Assembly (NCBI GenBank): GCA_951406725.2
Contig: OX597838.1
Span: forward strand, 558,001-622,000
DNA: 64,000 bases
Reading direction: 5' to 3'
Origin: Octopus vulgaris
Lineage: Eukaryota
The notes under the pieces are model-generated. The model had not been told where the DNA came from and made no database searches. It saw nothing but the letters and a program-made list of their open reading frames with translations. Shown piece by piece: positions 1 through 14,566 of this stretch. The position numbers and the translations under genes were made by a program. Positions within the stretch are counted from its first letter, which is position 1. Each line of letters begins with the position of its first letter.

Positions 1-203
1 GTATAGAATAATATATAAGTTGAATAAAGTTAAAGCATAATCTGGTTTTTCTTGTGGTATTTTAACAAAATTAACGCTTCCCCACATTACTGTACTCGTT
101 CGATTCCAAATGGTTCCTTCTAAGAGACACTGAAGTTGTCAAGAACGCAACTCTCAATTAAGCCCATTTGAAATCTGATGAGTACACCATGGATGAAAGT
201 GCT

Positions 204-237
<34 letters not shown>

Positions 238-322
238 TATATGTATGTAATATATAGATGTAACAGGTTATGTTACGGTTAAACTATTCAAACTCTGTGA
301 GACAGTGTAATAATCAATATGG

Positions 323-384
<62 letters not shown>

Positions 385-1205
385 ACTGAAGTGAAAGAAG
401 GGGGTGGGGTGGAGTCGGATGTAAAATAACAACAACAACAACAACAATAATACGAATATGTGTTGAAGCTAGAGGTTACAGTAACCGTGACTTTGTATAG
501 TTTAGGTCGACGGATATTTAAGAGGGGGGGCGCCCCCTCTTCGTCGGCCTAGAGTTTAGGTTTAAAGAATGACTGCTGTGGTAGTGGTGGTGGTGGTGGT
601 GGAGGCGGTTTCTCCACGTTTATTCAGCAGATGTTTCCTGAATATAACAATCACAACAACAACATCTTTATAATCTCTACTCCCCCCCCCCCACCACTAC
701 ACTTTTGAGTGAATTTCATACAACGGAAGTAACTTCGAAAGATAGCAGCTAACTCACTCATACCTCTACACACACACACACACACACACAAACACACAGA
801 CATATGGAGAGAGAGAAGTTTTAACAGAACCGTTATTTTTGACATTGAAAGCAAATCTAAAGAAATAGTCGAGCACGAAAAAAGCTTCAGCAAGTTCTTT
901 GGCGAAGCGCGCCTCGCTCTGTGTGTATGGATACAAGTTGAATAAACGGTTAGGCGAAATTAGTAGGTCTAACATATATATAAATCATAGCAATCCTTCG
1001 ATATTAGTACACAACGGCATTCAACCACTCAAATTCCCTCATGTCAGATTAAGAGTCTAGACTGAAAAACAGGGTTAATAATGTCGTCACGTCATACCGA
1101 CACTCTCTAGGTCAATACCGAAGGAATGCATATATATATATATATATATATATATTTATGTACATAGTCACACACTCATACATACATATACATAGATATA
1201 TGTAT

Positions 1206-1247
<42 letters not shown>

Positions 1248-1248
1248 C

Positions 1249-1289
<41 letters not shown>

Positions 1290-1945
1290 ACATATAAATA
1301 TATATATATCATATATAATAATAATAATAATAATAGGGAGTATACCTCCAAACTTACAGAGAAAAATGCAATTTAGTATTAAATCAAATTTCATATATTT
1401 AGTAGACAGACCGATAGATAGATAGATAGACAGACAGATATATAATGTATGTGTGCGTGTGAAATGATTATGAGCGCGACTAGGAATGATGATGTGATGA
1501 AAACAGCAAATAATAATAATAATAATAGTAATAGTAATAATAAAATAATAATAATTATAATGTAACACCGGTAAACTGTATTCAATAAACGGTGATCAAT
1601 CGATAATATAATAGAGTTCAATAAATGGTGATCAAGTTTTCTATAATTGACAACAACAAAAACAAATATTTTTTTCTCCTTTCAGTGTCAGACACAGGAG
1701 GGGGGGGGGGTGGCTTATGTTATGATTGTTTTGGTTGCGGCAGTAATTGGTGTGGGTGATGGTGGTGGTGATGGTTATATTAAATTCTGTTGCCAAAATC
1801 TGCTGAACACAAGAGAGAGGGCCAGGAGGAGGAGGAGGGGGAGGATGGAGGATGGAGGATGGAGGTGGAAATTATACTGGCAGCAAAATAGGCATTCTTG
1901 AAAATCCATCCATCCATCCATACATACATATGTACGTACGTAAGT

Positions 1946-1993
<48 letters not shown>

Positions 1994-2365
1994 GCTGAAC
2001 TATGTCAGCCTCTCTTAGTTGTTTGTCATGTCTTTTAAGAGAAACAGAAACAAAAAAAAAAAGATGGACCGACTCTGCTTTAGACATATTTCAGACAATT
2101 GTAGCCGTGGGGACGATCATGATGATGATGATGATGGTGATGGTGATGATGGTGTCTACTATTACAGCCGTTGTCTCTGAACTTCGTCGCAACAAAACCA
2201 GGCATTCTTAAATCCCATTCTATATTCTTCTTCAGCGTTTATCTTCTTCCATTGTAGATCTGCGCTGGTTATCGTCCTAATATTTTCTCTTTAGTTTCTT
2301 TGCCAAATTGGTTCCACAAAAATTAGTCACAGCAGCCGTTTAATCTTCTTGTGTGTTTGTATGTG

Positions 2366-2423
<58 letters not shown>

Positions 2424-2637
2424 GAGAAAGAGAGAGAGAGATGTCTGAATGTGCGTGTTGCGCATCGCATAACGGTGTGCACGATCGTGTGACTTCCCAA
2501 AACTTGAGTTGTTTGCGATTCTGGCCATACTGGAGTATCCTCACATATTTCTACAATCTTTCACTGTGAAATGGTCTGTAACATCATATGCTTTCATGTT
2601 TTAGAACTACTGTGGTGTATATGCGTGTGCTTATACA

Positions 2638-2724
<87 letters not shown>

Positions 2725-4106
2725 TTAAATGTAGTTGTGTATATGGGTCTGCGTATTTTCAGGAATGCCAAGTCCTAAAGTTTCCAACAAATGCGATGTC
2801 ACAAATGCTTTTATAATATTGTGCCTTGTTTGATGTTGGTTGGTGTTGACCGGAAATGTATTCTGATTGGTCAATTGTAAGTGGAGTGTTTAGCCCTAAG
2901 TCAGGCCTAATCAAGCAAATCTATGATCAAAGGAGTTCCAGTGATGCCCATCCTGTTCAATTAATCTGCTATAATCTATCGAGGAGTACATTACCCTATT
3001 AGGTACATCTGCTATTTCATGGAAGTTGGGTGTAGTTTGTGGGAGATTTTGCTGTTGTTTCTAGCAGGTTGAGCGACCACATACAGGTTCATTTCAAGTG
3101 TTTTTAACAGACGTGACTGGAGAGGACCTAATTGGAGGTTGAGGGCAGAGTGTCCCTCTTGAATGATGGTGGTGGTGGTGGTGGAGGGGTTATGACGGGG
3201 ATATGTAAGTAGGGTAATCAAGATTACCCTGTGTAATTAATGCAAAGTAGATCAGAGAGAGAGAGAGAGAGTAGAATGGCGGGAGAAAGGAAATAATGTG
3301 TGGATGTGTGTGTAGGTGTGTGTGAGTGGCAAAGAGTGTGGCAACAAGATAATGAAAGAGGGAAAGAAGGAAGAGAAAGAAGGAGAAAGAAGGAGGAGAG
3401 GAAAGTGTGAGGAGAAAAACGAGAGAATGTGAAGGAGAGGGAGGAGTGTAACGGTGTGTGGGTGTGGGGAGGGGCAGATTAAAATTTGAAAATTAACGAA
3501 AAATTCTGAAAGTAAAAAAAAAACTCAAAAGACAGTTTCTTTTGTTAGTTTTTTTCAAACTGTCGGCGATAGTTCGAGACCCCAGAATATAACTGGTTGT
3601 GTCTTTATTACCCCTCTTCCTCCCTTATGAATTTGACGTTAACACTTGAACTAGAATCAAAGCGGTACCAAGGTGGACTTACAAAGAAGGAATCTCTAAA
3701 TTATTAATTAATGTCCGGTTTTAATTGTTATCAGAAGCGAACGGGCTGATATTGTTATTTAGTCTTGGTCAGCCCTGACCCAGCAGACCTACAAGTCAGG
3801 ATTTTGCGTCTGTAACCATTCCTACTTTCATTTAGACATAATATATCCAGAAGTACCTTATCCTGTATGTCCCTCAAGATTGGTAGGATGCTATTTGAGT
3901 GAGATTTGGTTGCTATTTCAAGGAGATTGAGGTTCCGTGTAAATGTGTTTGCTAAATCTCTGTGAGTGTCGCAAATAGAACGTTTGTGCCAAGCATTAAA
4001 CAATAAGAACACCAGACAACATAAAACATGAGACAGCTACAGACATTGTCAGACATCATGTGACAACATGTTCTGATGTCTTCAGACGCCGTCGGCCATT
4101 ACTCAC

Positions 4107-4378
4107 CTGAACGTCAGATTCGTCTTCTCCCATTGCGATCCAGATATAACGTATCGCTTCTTTCTCGCATTTCCCCACGTATCATCCGGTAAAGTATCTT
4201 TATTTCCACATCGAGGTTTTTCCATCCATTCTATTGTCCGATGGTCAAGACGTCCTGTGAGGGGTAAATTAGCAAAAGCCTGGAATCTACGGATTGCTTT
4301 CACCTGAGCCTCTTCGCTCATCAGATTTTCCATCTCTAAACTTGGGCCATTAACGTAGCCGAACTCCATCAAATATTT
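4107..4378 (-). CDS. MMP: Matrix metalloproteinase (M10A) pro-domain exon, furin-activatable type; internal coding exon
   Basis: Translates KYLMEFGYV...AIRRFQAFANLPLTGRLD...WMEKPRCGNKD...ARKKRYVISGSQWEKTNLTFR. This gives the YL..FGY motif, the peptidoglycan-binding-like FQ.F..L..TG.LD motif, the cysteine switch PRCG..D (4196-4216), furin site RKKR (4154-4165) and the start of the catalytic domain W.K..LTFR. Acceptor is ctctctttccttcgtttcag| (phase 0); donor is AG|gtgagt (phase 2). The MMP subtype cannot be fixed from this exon. Confidence 0.96.
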
Positions 4379-4657
4379 CTGAAACGAAGGAAAGAGAGAG
4401 AGAATTAAAAACAAGAAGTTTATAAGAAATAACAAGACAGGGTGGGTGGTGGTCGTGGGGAGACGTTTCGTTTGTAGAAAATGCATCAGACGGGTATGTG
4501 CCTTACATCAGATGGGTGTGTAACTTATATGAATTTCAGTGGGATTGGTCATGGGAAAGAATATATTGTTGACATTAGGAGTAATGGTTCAAGTTGACAA
4601 TAAGCTGCATCAAACTGACCTGTAGCGTGAGGGTGGACAAAGGATGCTAACCAATAG

Positions 4658-4720
<63 letters not shown>

Positions 4721-5184
4721 CGTACACAAAAAACGCATGTACATATCTACACAAACCCAGCAAGGAGAAATAACTGAAAGGGGTTAGTTGCATGGATCTG
4801 GACGACAAAGACGAAGAAATGTTTATGAAACACCAAACAAGACAAATGCTTTCTTAATTCATTGAATTTCTCTTCGCTTCCAGAGAAAAGCAGAAAACGC
4901 CTCGCCACACTTGCGAACGACACAGAATGAGAAGAGGAGATGATCTCAAAGAATGAACAATTCTCTGGAATAAACAGGCAGCAAAACTGCAGACAAAGGA
5001 CAAGAGGACAATTGTAGACATGTTTCTACCTCAACAAGTGTCATCATTCACTTTAGCTAGACATGACATAGACGTGTGTGTGTGTATGTGCGTGCGCCTC
5101 TGTGTGTTTGTGTCTGTGTTCGTGTGTGTTTGCGTATATATGCATGCGCGCGCACATGCTCACACACACGGAATTCTAAGTACT

Positions 5185-5526
5185 GGTTATTTGTTGTCCA
5201 ATTTACATCTCATGAAATTAACGTGCAAGTGGCTGAGCACTCTACAGATATGTGTACCCTTAGGGTAGTTCTCGGAGAGATTCAACGTGATACAGTGTGT
5301 GACAAGGCTGGCCCTTTGAAATACAGGTACAACAGAAACTGGAAGAAAGAGAGAGGGACATTTGTGGTGAAAGGCTACAGCAGGGTTCGCAACCACCCCG
5401 TGCTGGAGCCTTGTGGTTCTTTAGATGTTTTTGCTCAATAAACACTCACAATGCCCGATCTGGGAATCGAAACTGCGATCCTACGACCACGAGTCCGCTG
5501 CCCTAACCAATGGGCCATTGCGCCTC

Positions 5527-5527
<1 letters not shown>
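5185..5527 (-). mobile_element. tRNA-derived SINE, family C
   Basis: Minus-strand head ggaggcgcaatggcccattggttagggcagcggactcgtggtcgtaggatcgcagtttcgattcccagatcggg has Pol III A and B boxes. A non-tRNA body follows, and the element sits in (CA)n. Confidence 0.7.
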
Positions 5528-5559
<32 letters not shown>

Positions 5560-5584
5560 GTAGAGAGAGAGAGAGAGAGAGAGA

Positions 5585-5624
<40 letters not shown>

Positions 5625-6388
5625 GAATATAATCTGGTGAGCAGTTAAATTCACTATCATCATCATCATGAACAACAACAATATCACAAATTCAGTTCTT
5701 GTTTATGATGAAGCTACGACAATAAACTTTCACCTTGACACCACACTAACACGTGATCATGTGGCCCACATGGTTATTGTATTTATCCAGTGATGACTGT
5801 CGGAAAAGTTTGAATTGATAAAATACTTCAAGTGACGGAAGTAAGCTTTGCCAGTTCTAATCTCACTTCCTACACGTCTCCTGCTTCGAACGTAGATCTC
5901 TCTTCTCCCGCACCCCTCCTCTAATAAGGCGGGATTAGACAATGGCACTGCTCCAGCATGGTCGCAACTATTTTAGTTAAACAATAGCACAGGAGTGGCA
6001 ACACTCCACTATGACCTATTTCCTTAGGACTCGAAAGTTCGTATCTAGACACGAGCATTAATTAGTGTCGTCCGTGTGTGTGTGCGTGTGTGTGTGTGTG
6101 TGTGTGTGCGCGTGTGTGTGTGTGCGCATGTGTGTGTGCGCGCGCGTGAGTGCATGTGTGCGCGCGCGAGCGTACATGAAAAAGAAGGAAATGTATGATA
6201 GGGACCATTCATTGTGTTGACACTCTTTCCCATACTTGTATAAAGACCAACAGAAATTGGTTGAGGCAATTTTTCTACAGCCAGATGTCCTTCCTGTCGC
6301 CACCCCCCCACCTGTTTCCAATGGCTTATTCAGGTGACTCTTATTAGGATTTCCGAGGCGGGTGGGAGTTGTCCTCAAACCGTAAACT

Positions 6389-6705
6389 CTCTTTTACTTG
6401 TTTCAGTCATTTGACTGTGGCCATGATGGAGCACCGCCTTTAGTCGAGCAAATCGACCCCTGGGCTTATTCTTTGTAAGCTTAGTACTTATTCTATCGGT
6501 TCTTTTGTCGAACCGCTAAGTTACGGGGACGTAAACAAACCAGCATCGATTGTCAAGCGATGTTGGGGGGACAAACACAGACCCACAAACATACACACAC
6601 ACACACATACATATACATACATATATACGACGGCCTTCTTTCAGTTTCCGTCTACCAAATCCACTCAAAAGGCTTTGGTCGTCCCGAGGCTATAGCAGAA
6701 GACAC
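6389..6705 (-). mobile_element. SINE family A, 5'-truncated
   Basis: Reverse complement of the 57461-57864 body and tail (cttttacttgtttcagtcatttgactgtggccatg...ttcagtttccgtctaccaaatccactc). Confidence 0.9.
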
Positions 6706-7522
6706 TAAACCTGGTCCCAATCTTTAAAACAAAGTGAATTTCATTATGAAGCAACCTGATGCTGGGGTTAAACTGGATCAGGGTTTACGTCCACCATTTC
6801 AATTCATTAGTTACGTGGTTCCAATAAACATGAATTGACCGGTGAAAGGACAAACCTCTCTCCACCCCCCAATAACCAATCACTTTATCACTGATTGAAT
6901 TGACATCAAACTTATTGATTCTTTTCTCTTGCGCACCGAAAGAGACTTTATCCGAAACTACGAAATTTACTGAATAATCTCTATCAACATAGATTAGTTT
7001 ACTGGGAAAGTGACCTCGAAGTATTATTAACCATGTAACCTTACCAAAGAGAGGGTCACCGGAAACAGAACCCAGCTGAAATTTCCCTCCAAGCCTCTCT
7101 TATACCAGAACCACCACTTCACAGACATAACATTGAGAATATTTTTGATTTGAAGACAGTATTGTGCAATTCACTCTCTCTCTCTCTTTCTCTCTTTCTA
7201 TCATAGGGTACATACATATTTACAATTACACACACACACACACATACACACACACTATAGTCTTCGAAAGTAAATTGACAGTACTTGGCACGATATTAAT
7301 ATTAATCATGGTTTTCTTATGAAATTGAATTTATTGGGAGATTTCGCTTGGCTCTCTTTCTTTTTCTGACAATGATGATGATAATGATAATAATAACCGA
7401 CCGTGATTAAGTTGACCATCATCCGTTTCGCTGTTCGTTAATGGACGGATGTAAGCTCTCATGTGAAATCAGACGACATCCGGTGTGACCGTTTCATGAC
7501 CGGAAATAAATCATGTAGAGCA

Positions 7523-7630
7523 TTCTTCTTCTTCTTCTTCTTCTCCTTCTTCTTCTTCTTCTTCTTCTTCTTCTTCTTCTTCTTCTTCTTCTTCTTCTTC
7601 TTCTTCTTCTTCTTCTTCTTCTTCTTCTTC
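7523..7630. repeat. (TTC)n microsatellite
   Basis: About 36 near-perfect TTC units. One example of very many simple repeats, including (TA)n, (CA)n, (GA)n, (TATG)n, (TATC)n and (AAT)n, across the window. Confidence 0.97.
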
Positions 7631-8593
7631 TCTGCCTCTTTTATTCTTTTCCTTCATAAGAGATTATTATTTTCTTTTCCCTAACTTCTTCATTTTAATC
7701 ATTTCTTCAACTTGTTACTCAATATTTTCGCTTCTCTGCTAAGATGGTTGTTGCTTAGCCCCAACAAAGCTCAGTAAGACTTATGATCGATCCCAACCAT
7801 GACCATCCAATATAGTTTTACCATCAGAGAATATTCAAGAATCTAAAGTAGGGTGAGTGGAGGTAGTCGATACCATCAACTCCCATTGTCCTTAGTAGAT
7901 GACTGGTATTGCGTTTTTATCGGTAGCAGTGTAAAAGTAGGTGTGGCGATGGGGATGGTGTTTGTGGCGATGGTGGCAGAGGAAAGACCACTCCTTATAT
8001 GGTCATGGATGTATTAAGGACAGAAAATATCCGGCAGATGACACAAAGCAAGGCATTTGTTGTTGTTGTGGTTCTTATTACTGAGGTTGTTTAACCGCAG
8101 CTCAAACCTGCCGTGAACAGACCTAGCATCAAAGACGTTCCAGCCACGACCGCTCCGTCGTTTTATGGCTATCTGGTACTATGCATCTTTCTTTAAGACA
8201 GCTCGAGGTAGGTTTGGCTGCTTTTTCTAGCAGATTATCCCAGCTGTTGTTGTATCTAAGACGATTTACTCCTCTCACTCGCATTGTCTTCCTTTTCTGT
8301 AAGACCCCTCCACACACACACACCGTTCCTCTCGTTGCTATGGAAGCATTGAGAGTAGAGAGGAGGGAGTCGGACGAGATGGTCACGTGGGTAACATTTT
8401 CCTTCCTTTATGACTAATACACTCGGTTAATTAGCGATTTGAGGGTTGGCGGCGGCGGTGGTGACGAGCAGAAATACTTCTTATTTGTTTGAGGGCAAAC
8501 ACGCACTTACACACCCATCCCATATATACGAACACGATGGGCTTCCGTTCAGATTCTGTTTATCAGTTTGATTCACAATGTATTGTTCAAGAC

Positions 8594-8851
8594 CCGTGTT
8601 CCTCAGCCATTTTTTGCCCACGGACCCCTTTGATACCCGTTTTATTCTATTGAGCCATGCAAGCCACTTCATGATGTTTTAAAAAATCCTCTTATATTTT
8701 TATAATGAAATATCTTAAAGAATTTTATCAAATAATTGTTGAAATATTTTGTGTATTGTGGAATTATACCCAATTCATGGCCCTTAAATTTTAATACCGA
8801 AATCTTATGTGGACCCTAAAGGACCATGTTGACTCCGGTTGAGAATCACTG
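8594..8851. mobile_element. hAT (Charlie-like) MITE, old copy
   Basis: Ends ccgtgttcctcagcc and ggttgagaatcactg, GGACCC subterminal motifs, AT-rich core. Flanking 8-mers ttcaagac/gtttagat resemble NTCTAGAN. Homologous to 30858-31143. Confidence 0.65.
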
Positions 8852-8939
8852 GTTTAGATTATAATGGAAGACAGCCTGCCTTCTAGTGGGACTAAACTTG
8901 AAGCTACTCCTTTGGGAAACCAACAGCAGTGCCTGCACA

Positions 8940-9122
8940 AACTTGTTTCAGTCATTAGACTGCGGCCATTATGGAGCAGCCCATTTAGGGGTTTAGTCGA
9001 ACAAATCGACTCCAGGGTTTCTTTTAAAGCGTTGTATTTTTGCCGAATCGTTAAGTCATGGAGATATAGACAAACCGACACCAGTTGCCAAGTATGGTGG
9101 AGAACAAACACAGACACATACA

Positions 9123-9207
<85 letters not shown>

Positions 9208-9384
9208 AACATAAATATAAATATATGTACATACATATACATACATACGACAGGCTTCTTTCAGTTTCCGTCCACCGCATTCATTCATAAGGCTTTGATC
9301 GTTCCGAGGCTTTGGTAGAAAACAGTTGCACAAGGTGCCACGCAGAGGGACTGAACCCGGAACCATATGGTTGGGAAGCAAGCT
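8940..9384 (-). mobile_element. SINE family A with expanded internal (CA)n/(TA)n; head abuts a LINE fragment
   Basis: acttgtttcagtcattagactgcggccat... through ...gggactgaacccggaaccatatggttgggaagcaagc. Confidence 0.88.
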
Positions 9385-9740
9385 TTTATTTATTTATTTA
9401 TTGAAGTCCCAAACAAGGTGAGAAGTCACAAGGTGAGAGGGGACAATGAAGGAGTAGAAATTTGGAAGAAAGGGAGTTTAGACTTGAAAGAGTTCGGGTC
9501 ATAAGAAGTGGCAGGGGAACAATGAAATGGAAGAGAGTTCCGAAGTGCGGCAGCTGGAAGAAAAAAGAGCTGCGAGTGGAGAAACACTTTGGTTATACAT
9601 AGAAGCAGAGGAATGTTTGGATGGGCGTCTTCTGGTCAGAGGAGAAGGCAAAAAGTGATCTGGGACTGAGAGAGACATCTTCATCAGAGCACGACCTATG
9701 GCAATAACAGCAGAGATCACTAAAGACTGGGGAGCACACG
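9385..9740 (-). mobile_element. Degenerate CR1/Jockey-group LINE 3' end with (TAAA)n tail
   Basis: Minus strand gives LCCYCHRSCSDE..., SSFF and RNSLPFHCSPATSYDPNSFKSK, compared with the YRYFHG.CS.E...SFF...WNSLP...YD...FK C-terminus of CR1-like ORF2. It ends in aataaataaataaataaaa and abuts a SINE. Confidence 0.6.
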
Positions 9741-10267
9741 ACCAAGCCTGCTCCTGATATATCTCTCTATATATCTATTGTATATAGGAGGCTATATACA
9801 CACACCCAACACATGCGGTTATATAGGTGTTATGTATTATATATAGTAAGTGAATATGTATGTATATTCTATATGTTCATATATTTATTAGAATTGTGTA
9901 TGTGTGTGTGAGAGAGAGGGGGAAGAGAGAAGGAGAGAGAGAGAGAAGGAGAGAGAGAGAGAAAGAGAGACTCATCGGTTCTCATTATTTCGCTCTATTT
10001 CACCTCCGAAACGAGCGTGTGTTTAAGTGTGTGTGTGTTAGTGTATGTTTTGTGCGTGGATGCATGTAATTATATGTGTCTGTGTGTGTGTGTGCGTTTA
10101 TGCATTTATATGTGTGTGTGTGTGTTGTCTCTGTTCGTCTTCCCTTATTCTGACAGTAACATCCCAATTCAAAGTTTCACATCACCACCGCCACCACCAC
10201 CACCGCCACCACCACCACCGCCACCACCACTACAACACCACCACCAAAGCGACCATCACTACTACTA

Positions 10268-10302
<35 letters not shown>

Positions 10303-10656
10303 ACTACCACTATTATTACTACTACACCGCTACACATCGTCCCATACAATACCATCCACCGATGTTTATCGATCAATTTATTATAAGAATGGCGCCAGAG
10401 ATGAAAACTGGGTGAATTGACCTTGTCAGCTACCACCACCACCACCACCACTACCACCAACACCACCACCACCACCACCACCACCACCACCACCACCACC
10501 ACCATCTCTAGTACTGCTGTCTATTTATGACCCAAACTTTGGTGTCTTTCTTAGTCATATATACATATAGGACGATGTGTGTGCGTGTGTTGTATAGAAC
10601 GTGCATGTATTATATACATACATACATACATACATACATATAAATATATATATACA

Positions 10657-10738
<82 letters not shown>

Positions 10739-10887
10739 ATCTAAATATATATATATATATATTTATATATACAGACACAATCGCTATGTTGTCCTGTAGT
10801 ATATCCTAAGTGAGGGTTATTTTTAGAGTGTTTTTTTCTGATTTATGCTCAACTGACCGATACATACTGACCGATTCGTACGTACAC

Positions 10888-10934
<47 letters not shown>

Positions 10935-11645
10935 TGCTGCGTATGAGTGTGTGAAGTTTGCCTATAAATATACTTAATGACAATCATACATTAATTAAAG
11001 AAGTACTCACTAAATAGGTGTAAGATATGATGTTTATGTTCATTAGGAAAGGGAGTGACAGTGACTTCGAAGTATAAGCTATCCTTATGTGTGTGTGTGT
11101 TTATACATGTATACACATACATACACATGTATATTTATATATGTGTGTATGAGTGTGCGCGTATAATAAAGGAAAGATGACATTAAAACTGTTGTTCATG
11201 GTAATTAATTTTACAATGTAAGCAGAAAACAGAGCAGTTAAGCGTTTCGGACAGTGGTTCTTCGTCAAGAGCCGAATTGTTTGATGATAGATCTGCAATA
11301 GATCAGACATACTGGAGAATGACTCGGTTATGGGACTGGTTCTGTGCTCTTGTGTCTCAGTATGTATGTATGTATGTATGTATGTATGTATGTATGTATG
11401 TATGTATGTATGTATGTATGTATGCATGCATATGTGTGTGTGTAGGGAGGTATGTTGTGTCCGTGTTTGTGCATTTGAATGTTGTGTTAGTGTGTGTGTA
11501 TGTTACTGCCTATGTTTTGGCAGGTGTGGGTAAGTATAAAGATTATTCTATATAGAACACTTCCCATTGCGTTCACACCGACAAGACTAAACCTTTTTTC
11601 TCACAACCTACCTTAACATTCTGTGCATGTGGAGAAAGTGAAAGT

Positions 11646-11706
<61 letters not shown>

Positions 11707-12027
11707 GATGGCGGCGATGGAGTTCCGTAAAGAGATTCAGGTAAATTAATGGGGTAAAAGGAAAAAAAAGGTGAAATTAAGAACAGCAACAATAGTAAAA
11801 AAAAGAAAGAAACAAGGAAGAAACAGAAGGAGATGAAATAATAAAAAAATATCCACAGATTAGAGTTGCCATCATTAAGATGGCCGATCGAATAAGTCTG
11901 AAGAAAGGACGAGGTAAGTTGTGGAGGTGCCATATATACATGCATACATACATACATACATACATACATACATACATACATACATACATACATACATACA
12001 TACATACATACATACATACATAGATAT

Positions 12028-12089
<62 letters not shown>

Positions 12090-12090
<1 letters not shown>

Positions 12091-12296
12091 TTGCCTGTGT
12101 TTGTTACCCCACTCCCAACATCGTTTGACAACCGATGCTGGTGTGTTTACGTCCCCGCAACTAAACGGTTCGGCAAAACAGACGGATAGAATAAGTACTG
12201 GGCTTACAACGAAAAGTCCTGGGGTCGATTTGCTTGACTAAAGGCGGTGCTCCACAATGGCCGTAGTCATATAATGACTGAAACAAGTAAAAGAAT
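12090..12296 (+). mobile_element. SINE family A, 3' half
   Basis: ccaacatcgtttgacaaccgatgctggtgtgtttacgtccccg...actgaaacaagtaaaagaata. Confidence 0.88.
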
Positions 12297-12614
12297 ATAT
12301 ATATATATACACACACTCACACACACTTATAAACACATACACACACACACACACATATATGTAGTTATGTATGTTATGCAGGTACTAGTTGTGACTCCTT
12401 GCCTAAGGCCCAAAGGGGATAGTTATGTCCGGGCACTCAACCCTCAGAAAGTGATCAATAATCTTGATTCTATTTATAGAACATAGACCCAACAGTAAAT
12501 GTTTTGTTTTCTAGAATTTATTGATTCATAACACTAAATATTACATACACACACACATGTATATGTGTGTGTGTATGTTTATGTGTAGTATATATATATG
12601 CGTATATATTTGTA

Positions 12615-12649
<35 letters not shown>

Positions 12650-12847
12650 ATAAACATATATGTGTGTGTGTGTGTGTGTATACATGAATATAAGTATACG
12701 TACATATATGTGTCTGCACACACACACACACATGTAAAACGCGTATATATATTAAGGGAGTGTTTAGAAGGAAGAGGGAAGTGTGTGAGTTGAGAGTCAA
12801 TAACAATGATTGGCTTGAATAGAACAAACAATAATAACAACAACAAC

Positions 12848-12900
<53 letters not shown>

Positions 12901-14295
12901 TAGTAATAATAGTAATGTCGGTCTTTAGTTAAACTTTAATTAGCGTTTATTGCTTTGCTGATTGTCGTCTGGGGTATAGAATGTGATGGGTAGGTGAGGG
13001 AACAGTAATAACAGTAATGGTGGTGGCGGGAGTGATGGAGGTGGTGGTGGTGGAAACAGTTATTGTTGTAGTGGTGGTAGTAGTTGTAGTTGCAGCGGTG
13101 GTGGCGGTGGTGGTGGCAGTGGTGGTGGCGGCGGCGTAAATGGCCGCCATTGTAAATCGCTGCGTTAAAATAAACGAAGAATATTTGTTTTCACACTCGC
13201 CATGTTGAATTAGGATCTGACTGAAACCAAGTTGGAATTGAATAAAGATTCGTTTTATTTTTTATGGATCTCTCCCCACCAAGGGGTAACGATGATGGGG
13301 AGGGGGAAGGCAACACTCAAAAAATGGGTAGCATTTAAATACATGCATGTATGTGCCTGTGTGTGTGTGTGTATGTGTATAAGTAGTAATGTGTATATGA
13401 GTAGAGAGATGAACAATTTGTAATGTTATTTTGCTTGTCACGTGTGTTTGAATGTTTCGCTTTAAACAAACTAAACTATCGAATGAAATGAAAGACTGAA
13501 TTGAAACCCTGACACAATCAGTCAGTATTAATCAATAAATTATCAATACATCAAAATAGAATTTATGAATATTTCTAAAACACGGGGCTCTGCCGGTGAC
13601 AAGAAAGCACAATCCTTAGATTACAACAACAACAAACAAGACAGAGATGAAATTTTCCTTTGGAGGGGAACCGCATAATGTAGCTCAAAGGGCGCTACCC
13701 ACCACCTCTAAGGGCAAGTTTCTTCTCCAGTAGCCATGACAATTCCCTAGCCTCACATTTCAATAAACACATCAGAAAGCAAACAGCCACTTCTCTACTC
13801 TCACTGTCCCCTTCAAGTCACCTCTCTACTCTCACCGTCCCCTTCAAGTCGTCCCCGAAGAAATTTGAGGAATCGGTGAGAGACCAAAACCTTTTCCTTC
13901 AATCCTCCTCCCACCTGCATTTCTCCGTTCGCCATAATCACCAAACACGGCACGACTACTCGCTTTGAATTGCAAGTGGAAGTCACCAGTTCGATCTCTA
14001 TGTTAGACTCGGCTGAGAACTTGGGTTGACCTGCAACGACACTGAACAAGTGTATGCCGGACAGTTTGGTCACCCTCTATATACTTCGGATAGGTTCAAA
14101 GAGTGGTGAATGCAGCAAAACCAGAGTAAATCCGGAACAGGTAATGACCACCACCCATCACACACTAGGAGGGCCAGAACAAGGATTTTTACACACACAC
14201 ACAGCGGTACACTATGTGTGGTTGTAGGTCGGTATGTGTGTGCGCGCGCGTGTATATATATATATATATATATAAATATATATATGTATACATAC

Positions 14296-14328
<33 letters not shown>

Positions 14329-14330
14329 CA

Positions 14331-14421
14331 CAACTTTATTTTCGCATTTCATGTTGTTTACGTTTTATGACGTCCTGTACCCATATATGCGTACCTATAT
14401 ACATATATGTGTATGTATATA

Positions 14422-14475
<54 letters not shown>

Positions 14476-14566
14476 TATATACATACACATATATGTATAT
14501 AGGTACGCATATATGGGTACAGGACGTCATAAAACGTAAACAACATGAAATGCGAAAATAAAGTTG
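14331..14566. repeat. Perfect 236-bp palindrome centred on (AT)n
   Basis: caactttattttcgcatttcatgttgtttacgttttatgacgtcctgtacccat... is mirrored exactly by ...atgggtacaggacgtcataaaacgtaaacaacatgaaatgcgaaaataaagttg. The ORF track shows identical peptides on both strands. Confidence 0.97.

Noticed and set aside
2440-2545. RILQYGQNRKQLKFWEVTRS as a possible next MMP exon
   Set aside because: Only vaguely like the A(F/L)..W..VT motif. It runs into a (CT)n tract with no suitable splice sites and has no ADI.I.F or HGD motifs.
5450-5527. tRNA gene
   Set aside because: It has A and B boxes but continues into a SINE body without a clean cloverleaf or Pol III terminator, so it is called a SINE head.
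13810-14165. Possible CR1-like LINE 3' remnant
   Set aside because: Only a faint resemblance (NK..PD.LV...FK), too decayed to call.
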